Notes: generated from the sequence alone by a model not told the origin. A DNA stretch of 32,000 nucleotides from Candidatus Heimdallarchaeota archaeon (GCA_048881705.1 JBHLSH010000027.1:9563-41562), one strand, 5' to 3'; positions 8,524-17,314 are shown, numbered from the stretch's first letter. Made by a program: numbers and translations.

Positions 8524-8799
8524 TCAGGCCAGAGAGAGTGGTTGTTTGATTTCGTCTGCAATATTTGCTTTTTCGATCGCTGTTCCAATTTCCTCGTCTT
8601 TGGCTCCCCTTTTGATTTTCACAATGATGTCTAACGGCCGCAAATGCTTGATGTTACATCTTCGTCGTTTAACAGTCGAAACTCCACCTCCAGAGATCAA
8701 AACAAAATTCTTGTCAACCAAATCGACAATTACACCCTTCTGTAAAGCTTCACGGCCAGCAGTTTTCACTACGACTCTACCAACTTCAATTGCAGCCAT
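8524..8799 (-). CDS. rpl14e: Ribosomal protein eL14
   Basis: MAAIEVGRVVVKTAGREALQKGVIVDLVDKNFVLISGGG...VKRRRCNIKHLRPL matches archaeal L14e (M.AIEVGR.CVK..GRE.G...VIVD..D.NFVLV.G....VKRRR.N..HLEP). ATG 8799 is preferred over the upstream TTG 8814. An ATATAATTTA element lies 17-27 nt upstream. Confidence 0.88.
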   Translation of the reverse strand: MAAIEVGRVVVKTAGREALQKGVIVDLVDKNFVLISGGGVSTVKRRRCNIKHLRPLDIIVKIKRGAKDEEIGTAIEKANIADEIKQPLSLA

Positions 8800-9017
8800 T
8801 ATCTTTACCTTCAATAAATTATATTCCCAGATTGGGGTTTTTTGATGCAGAAACAGTTGAAATATACTGCATCAACGGCGGAATGTTGACTTATTCTTCA
8901 TACGTCCGGTTTTTCCCTGATTTGACCTTGGTTTTTAACTTTCACGCATTCTTAAAACAAAAAAAGTTCAGACTTTTAATACAAATTCTCGTATCAAAAA
9001 ATCCTCTGAGAGACCTC

Positions 9018-9025
9018 TTATAAAA
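9018..9025 (+). promoter_or_regulatory. TATA-box candidate (TTATAAAA) for tRNA-Thr
   Basis: AT-rich octamer centred about 30 nt upstream of tRNA position 1 (9052), the usual archaeal TATA-to-start spacing. Confidence 0.4.
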
Positions 9026-9051
9026 TCACCTACAGTTCCCGGTCATTGTAG

Positions 9052-9146
9052 GCCGCTGTGGCTTAGCTGGTAGAGCGACAGACTCGTATGGTTCTACTCG
9101 AATCCGAAAGATCTGTTGGTCGGGGGTTCAAGTCCCCCCAGCGGCT
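9052..9146 (+). tRNA. tRNA-Thr(CGU) with a 22-nt intron at the canonical 37/38 position (intron 9089-9110)
   Basis: Hand-folded. Acceptor GCCGCUG/CAGCGGC, discriminator U. D arm GCUU-AGCUGGUA-GAGC. Anticodon stem ACAGA/UCUGU with loop CU-CGU-A. T arm GGGGG-UUCAAGU-CCCCC. The intron folds into a bulge-helix-bulge: 3-nt bulges UAU (9087-9089) and AGA (9109-9111), a central helix 9084-9086/9105-9107 plus one C-A mismatch, and an inner helix GGUUC/GAAUC (9090-9094/9100-9104). No encoded CCA. Confidence 0.85.
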
Positions 9147-9172
9147 TTCCATTTCTCTCGGGCGAGGGATAC

Positions 9173-10021
9173 CTATTTCACCCAAGTTGAATTCATAAAA
9201 TCGTCGTATGTTACGATCTGGACAGGAATAAAGCTGTCAAGAATTTCGGTCATTTTCTTCACGCTAAATTGATAATCCTCCCATACACCCTGTTTTTTTT
9301 CTAGAGTTGGTAGGATAGATTCAAACTTCAAAAAATACTCTTTCAATCTTTCTTTCCATACCCCGCGACCCCTTCTATCAAGTCTATAGATGATAGGGGT
9401 TGGTATTTCGTGGATATGAAGTTTAGCATGGGATGCATAATTCCAGTAGACGAGGGGGAACGTATAGCCCTCCGCATCATCAAGACGTGCTGGAATCTTT
9501 GTAGTACGATAACCTTTAAGGCCACAAAAAGCATCTGTGACCTGAAGGTTTAAGCATCGATTTATCGCTCGTGTGAGAAACATATTGGTGAGATATCTAT
9601 CAATAGGGACTGGAGTGTTTCGATCCCAGAATCGATAGGATAAATACCGGCTAGTTGATACTACGTCTATATCAGACTGATTTTCCATAATCTGAATAAT
9701 TTCCTTAATGGTACTCGGCGCGTGTTGCAGATCTGCATCAAACGTAATCAGGATATCAGATTTGTCTCGGGCATACTCAAATAGCGTGAGAATGGTTGCA
9801 CCGTAGCCTCTGTTGATTGCAGTTCGGATGTAACTGAACGGAAATTTGCGAGCCAACCTCTCATAAACACCTTGTGATCCATCGGTGCTGGCATCGTCGA
9901 CCAAACAAATTTGAATGTCATAATCTTGGCATTCCTTTTCAAGAAATGCGTAAAGGGAACTTACACATTCTGCAAGGTATGATTCCTCGTTCCAGATAGG
10001 TATCCCTATGATTATTATCAT
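9173..10021 (-). CDS. Family 2 glycosyltransferase (dolichyl-phosphate sugar synthase-like)
   Basis: MIIIIGIPIWNEESYL...ICLVDDASTDGS...ITFDADLQH are the typical GT2 N-terminal motifs (P.YNE, DD.S.D.S, D.D). ATG 10021 is preferred; a TTG at 10033 is possible. Confidence 0.8.
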   Translation of the reverse strand: MIIIIGIPIWNEESYLAECVSSLYAFLEKECQDYDIQICLVDDASTDGSQGVYERLARKFPFSYIRTAINRGYGATILTLFEYARDKSDILITFDADLQHAPSTIKEIIQIMENQSDIDVVSTSRYLSYRFWDRNTPVPIDRYLTNMFLTRAINRCLNLQVTDAFCGLKGYRTTKIPARLDDAEGYTFPLVYWNYASHAKLHIHEIPTPIIYRLDRRGRGVWKERLKEYFLKFESILPTLEKKQGVWEDYQFSVKKMTEILDSFIPVQIVTYDDFMNSTWVK

Positions 10022-10158
10022 CTTGTTTTCCAATTTTGAAAGAAATCCCAGGGCAAGACCAGAAACCTTTTGAGATATACTACTTAAAACCCTCGGATTC
10101 TTTTTAAGAAGCTTCTTAAAGTTCTCGATTCAAGATTACAGATGAGGTCATCTTATTG

Positions 10159-10584
10159 ATGGACGAGGATCCCGTTCTTGCTAATCTTCTAAAGAAAAGG
10201 GCGTTATCTATGAAAAAAAATGCAGAGACATTTGCGAATCTTGATCTTAATAGAGTAAATGACGTCACTGACGCGGATATTGACGAATACCTACGTACTT
10301 CTCCCGTACCAGTTCTAGTAGATTTTTCAGCTGACGCCTGGTGTCGGCCTTGCCAGGTAATGAACCCTATCCTTGAAGAGTTGTCTCATGAGTTTGCTAA
10401 CCGGGTTTTATTCTTAAAATTGAACACAGATCATAATCCTGTTGCATCTAGTAAATATCGGATATTTTCGGTTCCTACGTTCATGGTTTTCAATGCCGGA
10501 AACCGAATCGCCCAACGAGTGGGGGCTTCACCAAAATCAAAATTCAAGGCCTGGATAGAGGAGGTTGTAGAGAGACTACAATAA
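10159..10584 (+). CDS. Thioredoxin-fold protein with WCRPC active site and about 45-aa N-terminal extension
   Basis: PVLVDFSADAWCRPCQVMNPILEELSHEF...LFLKLNTDHNPVASSKYRIFSVPTFMVF matches the thioredoxin pattern (V.F.A.WC.PC....P.L..L......V.....D.......Y.I...PT...F). Confidence 0.8.
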   Translation: MDEDPVLANLLKKRALSMKKNAETFANLDLNRVNDVTDADIDEYLRTSPVPVLVDFSADAWCRPCQVMNPILEELSHEFANRVLFLKLNTDHNPVASSKYRIFSVPTFMVFNAGNRIAQRVGASPKSKFKAWIEEVVERLQ

Positions 10585-10618
10585 CCTGATTGCTAATAAA
10601 ATATGAGACGGGTAGCTT

Positions 10619-10687
10619 ATGAGAGAAAAATGGAAAAAAAAGCGCTTAAGAAGACGAAAACGGAAAGAACGCAAACGAACCCGTTGA
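10619..10687 (+). CDS. rpl41e: Ribosomal protein eL41 (22 codons; below the ORF-track length cutoff)
   Basis: ATG AGA GAA AAA TGG AAA AAA AAG CGC TTA AGA AGA CGA AAA CGG AAA GAA CGC AAA CGA ACC CGT TGA translates to MREKWKKKRLRRRKRKERKRTR. Compare the eL41 consensus MRxKW(K/R)KKRxRRLKRKRRKxR. Confidence 0.7.
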   Translation: MREKWKKKRLRRRKRKERKRTR

Positions 10688-10856
10688 TTTCTTGGTGTCA
10701 AGCCCTAGGATTTGAATAAGGAATTTTCCACCTCAATGTCTTCCACAGATTATTAAGCGTCAAACGTGAATAAGAGGTTGGAGAATTGCTCATAAAACTC
10801 CATGTGTCCTCTGCAACGGTCACACACTCCAATCTTGATGATTGGATGCGAAAAAA

Positions 10857-11981
10857 ATGATTGTTGGTTTGATAGGCGCCCGCGGCACGGTACCAACAGA
10901 TGCTATGGCCACTGTATCCTTTTTGGTAGATCACAAATATCTGTTTGAATGTCCATCCGAAATCATTCCAGCGTTTGATAGGTTCCAAAAAGAATGGGCT
11001 CGAATTTCTGTCCACAAAAGCCCTCCTCAACTCGCTGCATTGGGACGTCCGACACTAGGTAAGGTTCGATATGTCATAATATCCCATCTCCATTATGATC
11101 ATTGGGGTGGACTTCCTCACATTATTCATCGAATCCTATTATTAGAACGAGAGGCGAGGGAGAGAAGGCCGCTATCGATTATTATCCCAAAGGGATCCAC
11201 AATCCCATTTCAATTACGGATGCAAGCTTTGTTTTCTCTCCAAGAATCAAACCTACCACTTTCAGATGTTGAATTCTTATACTATTGGCTTACAATCGAA
11301 GTAGGTGCTGCTATTCGAAAAGTTGTACGTATAATTAGCATTGAGGATGGTGATGTTGTTCCTCTGGATCCTGGATACTTTTTATCCTGTAAAAAGAACC
11401 CTCATCTTGAAATTGGTTCTGTCGCCTATAAACTGATCTTCCGGAAACCCAAACTGGATGTAAACAGGGCCAAATCGCTGGAAATTCCTTTCAACAGAAC
11501 CTTGAAACGGATTGAGAAAAGTCAATCTCCCGTTAAGGTAGGGGATATCTTCGTCTCCCGAAATGACATTTATTTTGATTTAACCAAGACATTATGTTAT
11601 TCCGGAGATACAAATGTTGATTCAGGTTTATTTGAGTTCTTCAGAGATGCCCAAATTCTTATTCACGAGGCAACATATCTGACCAAACAAAAAAACTTCC
11701 ATCTGGAGTCTCATTCGGATCTTGATAGTTTAATTCCTGAAATCGAGAAGTTAAAGGATCCAGCGACACTGTTGGGGTTTATCCCCATCCATTTTTCAAC
11801 CCGTTATAAAGAAGAAGAAATATCAATGCATCTAAGCCAGCTTTCGAAAGACCGAATGAATCTTTGCCAAGTCATTAATCCTATTGTGACCTTATATGTC
11901 TTAATAACGGATTACGGGCACCTAGATTTCATTGAACGTCCTCAAAAATCACTTGCAAACCACTCTGAAACTGATCGATAA
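10857..11981 (+). CDS. Metallo-beta-lactamase fold hydrolase (RNase Z/ELAC-like, divergent)
   Basis: MIVGLIGARGTVP...FLVDHKYLFECPSE... and the HxHxDH motif ISHLHYDHWGG; later IHEATY and IPIHFSTRY. ATG 10857 is preferred over TTG 10842. Confidence 0.65.
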   Translation: MIVGLIGARGTVPTDAMATVSFLVDHKYLFECPSEIIPAFDRFQKEWARISVHKSPPQLAALGRPTLGKVRYVIISHLHYDHWGGLPHIIHRILLLEREARERRPLSIIIPKGSTIPFQLRMQALFSLQESNLPLSDVEFLYYWLTIEVGAAIRKVVRIISIEDGDVVPLDPGYFLSCKKNPHLEIGSVAYKLIFRKPKLDVNRAKSLEIPFNRTLKRIEKSQSPVKVGDIFVSRNDIYFDLTKTLCYSGDTNVDSGLFEFFRDAQILIHEATYLTKQKNFHLESHSDLDSLIPEIEKLKDPATLLGFIPIHFSTRYKEEEISMHLSQLSKDRMNLCQVINPIVTLYVLITDYGHLDFIERPQKSLANHSETDR

Positions 11982-12799
11982 CCTACACTTTTGGCTAGCC
12001 TACGGAGAAGCTTGACGGTTCCCGATCCATACTGCATCGCCTTTTTAGGCTGCAAAATAGCTTTCTGAGGTATGCCAAGTTTGAATGCGCACTTACGGAG
12101 GATATTTTTGCGAATAATCACTCCTCCGGGCATCTGGTGGAGATGAGCGCTAATGGATTGAGATTGGGCATATTTAACGATTCGAGAGTCCAGATATGGA
12201 TATATGGGTTTTAGCCCGAAAAAATCGGCAATTTTGGTTTCTATCTTTGTCTGCTGGATCATAAGTTTGTTAAAATCGTGATTCATAGCTTTTTGGGTTG
12301 CCTCCATCCCTTGTTCAGTATATAGGGTGATATATTTTTTGTAACCAGCAAAAAGTTCATCTGCACCTTGACCAAGAAAAACCGTCTTTAATTTCGGGAT
12401 TTTCACCAAAGTGCGCATTCCAAGAAAGAGGGGGATAACAATCGCAAGATCTCCTGGATTGGTTATAATTCTAAGCTGGCGTAAATCAGCGATAGCCTCA
12501 ATTAAAATCCTTTCAGATAGATAACAAAGTGATAATGGAAGATTGATTGCTGCAGCCATCGTAAGAGCATTATTCAAATCATAACTACCTGGAGCTCCAA
12601 CCGAAACTGCCTGTACCCCTGATGGAGGGAACTGAGATATTAGAATGTGAGCTATAACAGTGGAATCCAGGCCACCACTGTAAAGTAATCCAACCGTATC
12701 TTCCTGTTGCAAATAAGTTCCGATTGTTTGATGAAGTGACTCAATAATTGTTTCCATTGACAGCTGATCCGTAATATAATTAAGAATCCAGGAATGCAT
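11942..12799 (-). CDS. Asparagine synthetase-like PP-loop ATP pyrophosphatase domain protein (no glutaminase domain)
   Basis: PP-loop VGLLYSGGLDSTVIA and the AsnB-type motif LGQGADELFAGYKKY. The 3' end overlaps the convergent MBL gene by 40 nt. Confidence 0.7.
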   Translation of the reverse strand: MHSWILNYITDQLSMETIIESLHQTIGTYLQQEDTVGLLYSGGLDSTVIAHILISQFPPSGVQAVSVGAPGSYDLNNALTMAAAINLPLSLCYLSERILIEAIADLRQLRIITNPGDLAIVIPLFLGMRTLVKIPKLKTVFLGQGADELFAGYKKYITLYTEQGMEATQKAMNHDFNKLMIQQTKIETKIADFFGLKPIYPYLDSRIVKYAQSQSISAHLHQMPGGVIIRKNILRKCAFKLGIPQKAILQPKKAMQYGSGTVKLLRRLAKSVGYRSVSEWFASDF

Positions 12800-12833
12800 C
12801 CATTTTAAAACAAGTGAGTCATTACCTCAGACC

Positions 12834-13529
12834 TTGACGGTGTCGGATTTGGATCAAGCATCTCCCAAAAGCGGGCTGAGAAAGAAATATGAAGCGTTTT
12901 TTGCGCCGTTTGGGAGATTCCTCGCAGATACACGGCTTTCACCCAATATGATTTCTCTTTTAAGTCTAGGTACTAGTGTCATCAGTTGCCTTGCTTATGC
13001 TTTCGGTCCAGCAATTGGAATGACTGTAGGGTTACTGGTTGGAACTCTTCTCCTTGGGTTTTCTTCCTTACTTGATATGCTGGATGGAAGTTTGGCACGG
13101 GCTAAAGGTGTAACAGGCCATTTTGGAGCTCTTTTGGATCGAACTCTTGACCGGGTATCTGAGTTTTTCTTTCTTTTGGGTATAATGTTGGGGGGATATG
13201 TTCACGCTGGATTGGTGTTTTTCGGTTTTGAAGGAATGGTGTTGGCTAGTTATGTTCGGGCCGCTGCGGAAGAACGTGGGGGCCTAAAGATGACTTCCAC
13301 AATCGGAATTTTTGAGCGAAAGGAGAAACTTACCCTCTTAGCAATGGGGTGCGTAATTGAAGCCTTTTTTTATCAAGGATTCGTCTGGATGCCCCCTTCT
13401 TGGTGGCCCTTCTCATTTGGTATTCTGCCCATAGTAATTATTGTAATTGGGCTGTTTTCGAACCTGTCTGCAATACAACGTTTACGTTACGCCCGCGCTT
13501 TTTATTCTTCTGGTAAAAAATCCCCGTAA
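12834..13529 (+). CDS. CDP-alcohol phosphatidyltransferase family protein (archaeal polar-lipid head-group synthase type)
   Basis: Signature D-x2-DG-x2-AR-x8-G-x3-D-x3-D seen as LDMLDGSLARAKGVTGHFGALLDRTLDRVSE, with multiple TM helices. TTG start. Confidence 0.8.
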   Translation: MTVSDLDQASPKSGLRKKYEAFFAPFGRFLADTRLSPNMISLLSLGTSVISCLAYAFGPAIGMTVGLLVGTLLLGFSSLLDMLDGSLARAKGVTGHFGALLDRTLDRVSEFFFLLGIMLGGYVHAGLVFFGFEGMVLASYVRAAAEERGGLKMTSTIGIFERKEKLTLLAMGCVIEAFFYQGFVWMPPSWWPFSFGILPIVIIVIGLFSNLSAIQRLRYARAFYSSGKKSP

Positions 13530-13558
13530 TGATGATGCAAAGGGGAATCCTCGGATGA

Positions 13559-14872
13559 TCATCGGGGGCGGGTAATCTTGATCCTATTCTTACAGATTGG
13601 ACATTTGGCGTTAATTTTCAACCATTCGGCAAGATGGGCATAATGGGCTGGCGATCCACACTCAGGACATCTTACTAAGGATCTATTCTCAGAAATTGGC
13701 ATCCTGCATACGGTGCAAAATTCTTCGACTTCCTCCATGAAATCGGTGTCAACGCCGTTAGATGTACCCACTTGAGAGCCTACGAGAATATTTGCTCTTC
13801 TTAAAAACGATTCTGCGGCCTGTGGAGCTAAGGAACGGGCACGATCCGCAGCACGACGATATAGTTTGGCTGCATACGTTGGATTGGTTTCTTCGTTCGC
13901 CAAACCCGCCTCTGCCAGAATAGGCGTAGGAGTGTCTGTTCCTAGGCTATCTAACAGCTCATCGTAAAGGGCTATTGCCTGATTAGTTTCTTTCTTTCGT
14001 AAAATATCTCTTGCCGAATCTAGGATTTTAAGAATCCTCTCATATTCCTTGATGGTTTTCAAATGCTTGGTAAATTGTTCTGGAATTATCTTCTTTTCCT
14101 GATCTGGCAGATTATCACTAATATTTTTGACGATAGCAAGACTCCTTCGCATTTGTTCTATCTCCCCTTTCTCTAAGTGATTAGTAACATTATTCAGATA
14201 ATACTGTAGGGCAACCCCTGATTGTCCAGCTGAGGTCACATATTGCCTAGCAACATCGTCCAAGCCTTTTTGCTTCATCTCTGTTGCTGCAGCTATTAAA
14301 ACTGCATTTGCTTCCTCTTCCGCCCCAATTGTACGAAGAAGTTCAGCTGCTTCCATAAATTTCTGGTTATTGTACGCATGCTTTGCTAAATTACGAATTG
14401 CTTGGTCACGATCATGAATGAGAGAAAGATTCTGATCTATTACCTGAATGGCTGCTGGAACGTAATCTATTCCTGAATCGGTAAAAACTTTGGCTGCAGC
14501 AAAAGGTTTTTTGGCTAATACAAATGCCTTGGCCGCAGCATGAGGATCCCGCTGTGCAAAGTTTGATCTTGCCAATCTAAGGAAAGCTCGCTCTAACTTC
14601 TGGCTAGGAAAACGGCTTTCCAGCCTCCTTAGGGCGAGTACTTGGGATCCTTCTGGGCTCCGAAGTACCAATTTCGCTGACTCTTCTAGAGAATGGCGAG
14701 CTAGGAGATCGAGTGCATCCATATATTGTCCTCGTTCTTCTAGGTTTTGAGCCTGCTGTATATACTTGGACTTATTCTTTCGGGTAGTTAACCAAATTAT
14801 AATAACGATTACAGATCCAAATACTATAAGGAGACTTGGATTATCCATGCCACCCATCAATTGATTGAACAT
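13559..14872 (-). CDS. N-terminally membrane-anchored helical-repeat (TPR/HEAT-like) protein with C-terminal cross-brace RING/PHD-like zinc finger
   Basis: TM segment SLLIVFGSVIVIIIWLTT; about 340 aa of Ala/Leu-rich helical repeats. The C-terminus is C-TV-C-x12-C-PE-C-x4-H-YA-H-LAEWLKINAK-C-PI-C (residues 386-427, nt 13592-13717). That is eight Zn ligands spaced like RING-H2/RING-CH/PHD, including the H-x2-(C/H)-L-x2-W-L...CPxC signature. Confidence 0.75.
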   Translation of the reverse strand: MFNQLMGGMDNPSLLIVFGSVIVIIIWLTTRKNKSKYIQQAQNLEERGQYMDALDLLARHSLEESAKLVLRSPEGSQVLALRRLESRFPSQKLERAFLRLARSNFAQRDPHAAAKAFVLAKKPFAAAKVFTDSGIDYVPAAIQVIDQNLSLIHDRDQAIRNLAKHAYNNQKFMEAAELLRTIGAEEEANAVLIAAATEMKQKGLDDVARQYVTSAGQSGVALQYYLNNVTNHLEKGEIEQMRRSLAIVKNISDNLPDQEKKIIPEQFTKHLKTIKEYERILKILDSARDILRKKETNQAIALYDELLDSLGTDTPTPILAEAGLANEETNPTYAAKLYRRAADRARSLAPQAAESFLRRANILVGSQVGTSNGVDTDFMEEVEEFCTVCRMPISENRSLVRCPECGSPAHYAHLAEWLKINAKCPICKNRIKITRPR

Positions 14873-15024
14873 GATTATTTTCCTAGATCCCAGCTTTTTT
14901 GCTTCTAGAACTGATGATTGAAGGTCATATCAAGGTCTTTTGAATTTACGCTTCTTGGAATATATACCTATCAAACCTTTCTACCACGGAGGATGCGGAG
15001 TACGAATCCCTTCGAAATAGAATA

Positions 15025-17283
15025 TTAGAGGTACGAATCAGCAATTTTCTTGACAGTCTTTTTTATTAGACTCTGCGCGCTTTTCCACGTCAATCCTGTT
15101 TTTCCCAGGGTCTGTCCCCAAGTCCTACCTTGAAGAATTCTAGAGACAAGCAACATTTCTTGAGCGGAACTAAGTTTGACAGAGTTTGCTATCACAAAGT
15201 GCATAACCGCCAATTCATACATCGCATCGACCGCGAGCAAGAAGTTTAAGTGCCCATTCAGATAATTGGTAAGCCTTAATCGTGCTGAAGCTGTTAACTT
15301 CGGTGTATAATTCTCAATGGGATAACAACCCTTCAAGATCTGAATAACTAATTCCGGCCGCATTTCGAATAGGGATTGTTTCAGAAGGGCTATGAACTGT
15401 AAGGTAAAATCTGCCGATGCTTGTTCAATAATTCCTTTAGCAGATGAAGAGAGTGGAAGTACAAAAACTATATTCCATTCTCCTGAAACAGACGTCCTTA
15501 TGGGACGAATATGAACCGATAAAAATCCAAATTTTCTCCAAAATTTCACCAATTTGGTTGTTGCTCCGTAACTCACGCCTATCCAGTCGTAATTACCTTT
15601 AAACTTAGTTATGTGCGCTTCGACTGTGAGTCGACCAAATCCTTTTCCTAGCAACTTGGGATGGGTTGCGATGCGCACAATGCGTAGCCCGCGTAGTTTG
15701 GCAAAACTAGATGAAAAATGTCGAACAGCAGTGGATGGAATGAGATTCCCAGGGATAAATTCCCCCATGGCAATTCGTGAGATTTTTTGTTCAGAAAGCC
15801 CCCCTTCTTTGGCTAAATGACTTGCTGCAATGAAATTAGTACCTTTCGGATCTTTATCTTCCAAAAGCCCTAGCAAGAAATGTTGAGCTGAATCTGCCAA
15901 CAATAATAAATCATTTGGCTGATTACGGTAGTGGGCGTATACAAGCAGAGCAAATAAGTTCCTGAGATGATGGATTCCTTGATTTGAGAACAAAAATCTA
16001 GGATCACTATATTCCTGAAGAGTCAGCAGGGTACGATTGATATCTTGTTCCTTAATGTCATTTTTGCTCAGTTCAACATCCAGGAGGAAGGTATCATTTA
16101 GTAATTTTTCAATCAAATCCCCCTCTAGATATCGGATGGGTGTAAACAAATTGAAGATTCGGTGGGGAATGCGTTTTTGGCGGTCTAAATATTGAACTAT
16201 TTTGTGCTGAAAACCTCTTCCAGAGCCTTCATAGCCGTGAATTGTTGAAATCAAAACCTTCTGTGCCTGAATCTGGATAATCGACCTTAATTTTTCGATA
16301 GGAAGGGCCGCTGCTTCATCAACAATAATCAAACTGGCCTTCGTTTGATTTGAAATTTCGCTCGGACTGATATAAGCAATTCTGAGCTTGTCTGAAATAC
16401 GAACATCGGTGATTAGGTTCCTTTCTTTGATAGTCTGAAAATTGACTTGTTTTTCTCGGAGTCCTTTCCCCAAGAATTCGAATAAAACTTGAACATTGGA
16501 TAAATCCGGTGCTGTCACTATCAAATGCCCGAATCGTTGATTCCTTTGATGATCATTGCCAATCAGATGAGAAAGCGTTATCCCAATAGTAGCTGATTTT
16601 CCTCGTCCTCTGTTTGCCACAACGACAGAGCAGCTATTTGGATCGGATGTATCTAACAAAATTCCCGTCAGGGCGGTAATCACTTCTTTTTGATCAGGAG
16701 TAACATCAAACCCATCAATTCTTGCCGTTAAATTTACTTTATGATGCATTGGATTGAATCGACGAAGAATTTCTTGACTAGGTAGATTCTCAACAATACA
16801 ATGGGGATTTTGTTCGATGTTTTCGAGAAACCACCTCAATAGATATGATTTCGGCCTGAACTCCTTCGTAGATGGAATTTGACTTCTGTTTACCCTTAAA
16901 ATCCACTCCTCAGTAGGTAAACCGCAGATGATAACGAGTCCTCCTCCACAAACTGTTTCAATTAACAAGCTCACTTTGTTCGGATGAAATGTCCACCTCA
17001 GATCAAGTACCAGAAAATCTAATGTTTGCCCTAAAATCGGTGTAACATCTTTTGGAGAGATAACATGAACTCGTGTTAAGTATGGTAGGACTGGAAAAGC
17101 TTCATTGAGAATTATCGATTCACTGGGATCCCCCTCAATGATGATTGCCCCCGTAATGCCTCGATTATTTTTCTCGTAAAAATGTTGGAGAAACGCTCCA
17201 ATAGAGTGAGAGAGAACATTTGCATCCTGAAACAGGACAAGACTCCTTTTATATGCTTCATGGTGATTCTGGGACAGGGTCAA
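15025..17283 (-). CDS. tmcA: tRNA(Met)/rRNA cytidine N4-acetyltransferase TmcA (NAT10/Kre33 homolog)
   Basis: Helicase-type Walker A VVANRGRGKSATIG, DEAAALP Walker B, and a GNAT domain (RIATHPKLLGKGFGRL ... FWRKFGF). The size (752 aa) and domain order fit TmcA. TTG start. Confidence 0.88.
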   Translation of the reverse strand: MTLSQNHHEAYKRSLVLFQDANVLSHSIGAFLQHFYEKNNRGITGAIIIEGDPSESIILNEAFPVLPYLTRVHVISPKDVTPILGQTLDFLVLDLRWTFHPNKVSLLIETVCGGGLVIICGLPTEEWILRVNRSQIPSTKEFRPKSYLLRWFLENIEQNPHCIVENLPSQEILRRFNPMHHKVNLTARIDGFDVTPDQKEVITALTGILLDTSDPNSCSVVVANRGRGKSATIGITLSHLIGNDHQRNQRFGHLIVTAPDLSNVQVLFEFLGKGLREKQVNFQTIKERNLITDVRISDKLRIAYISPSEISNQTKASLIIVDEAAALPIEKLRSIIQIQAQKVLISTIHGYEGSGRGFQHKIVQYLDRQKRIPHRIFNLFTPIRYLEGDLIEKLLNDTFLLDVELSKNDIKEQDINRTLLTLQEYSDPRFLFSNQGIHHLRNLFALLVYAHYRNQPNDLLLLADSAQHFLLGLLEDKDPKGTNFIAASHLAKEGGLSEQKISRIAMGEFIPGNLIPSTAVRHFSSSFAKLRGLRIVRIATHPKLLGKGFGRLTVEAHITKFKGNYDWIGVSYGATTKLVKFWRKFGFLSVHIRPIRTSVSGEWNIVFVLPLSSSAKGIIEQASADFTLQFIALLKQSLFEMRPELVIQILKGCYPIENYTPKLTASARLRLTNYLNGHLNFLLAVDAMYELAVMHFVIANSVKLSSAQEMLLVSRILQGRTWGQTLGKTGLTWKSAQSLIKKTVKKIADSYL

Positions 17284-17314
17284 CCAGGCCTCTGCCGGTC
17301 TTGTGGGTCAGAAT

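Noticed and set aside
10698-11030. 110-aa minus-strand ORF overlapping the start of the MBL hydrolase gene
   Set aside because: No motifs. It overlaps the conserved N-terminus of the plus-strand MBL gene. It would also leave the eL41 micro-ORF/MBL intergenic region without room for a promoter.
13529-13580. AUGAUGA and GAUGAUC elements suggesting a C/D box sRNA between the two convergent genes
   Set aside because: No CUGA D or D' box at an appropriate distance. The sequence is instead a 10-bp palindrome (GATGATCATC) with partly complementary flanks, more simply a hairpin between convergent 3' ends.
14915-14985. CUGAUGA C-box-like motif upstream of the RING-like gene
   Set aside because: No D box (CUGA) within the following 70 nt and no terminal stem.
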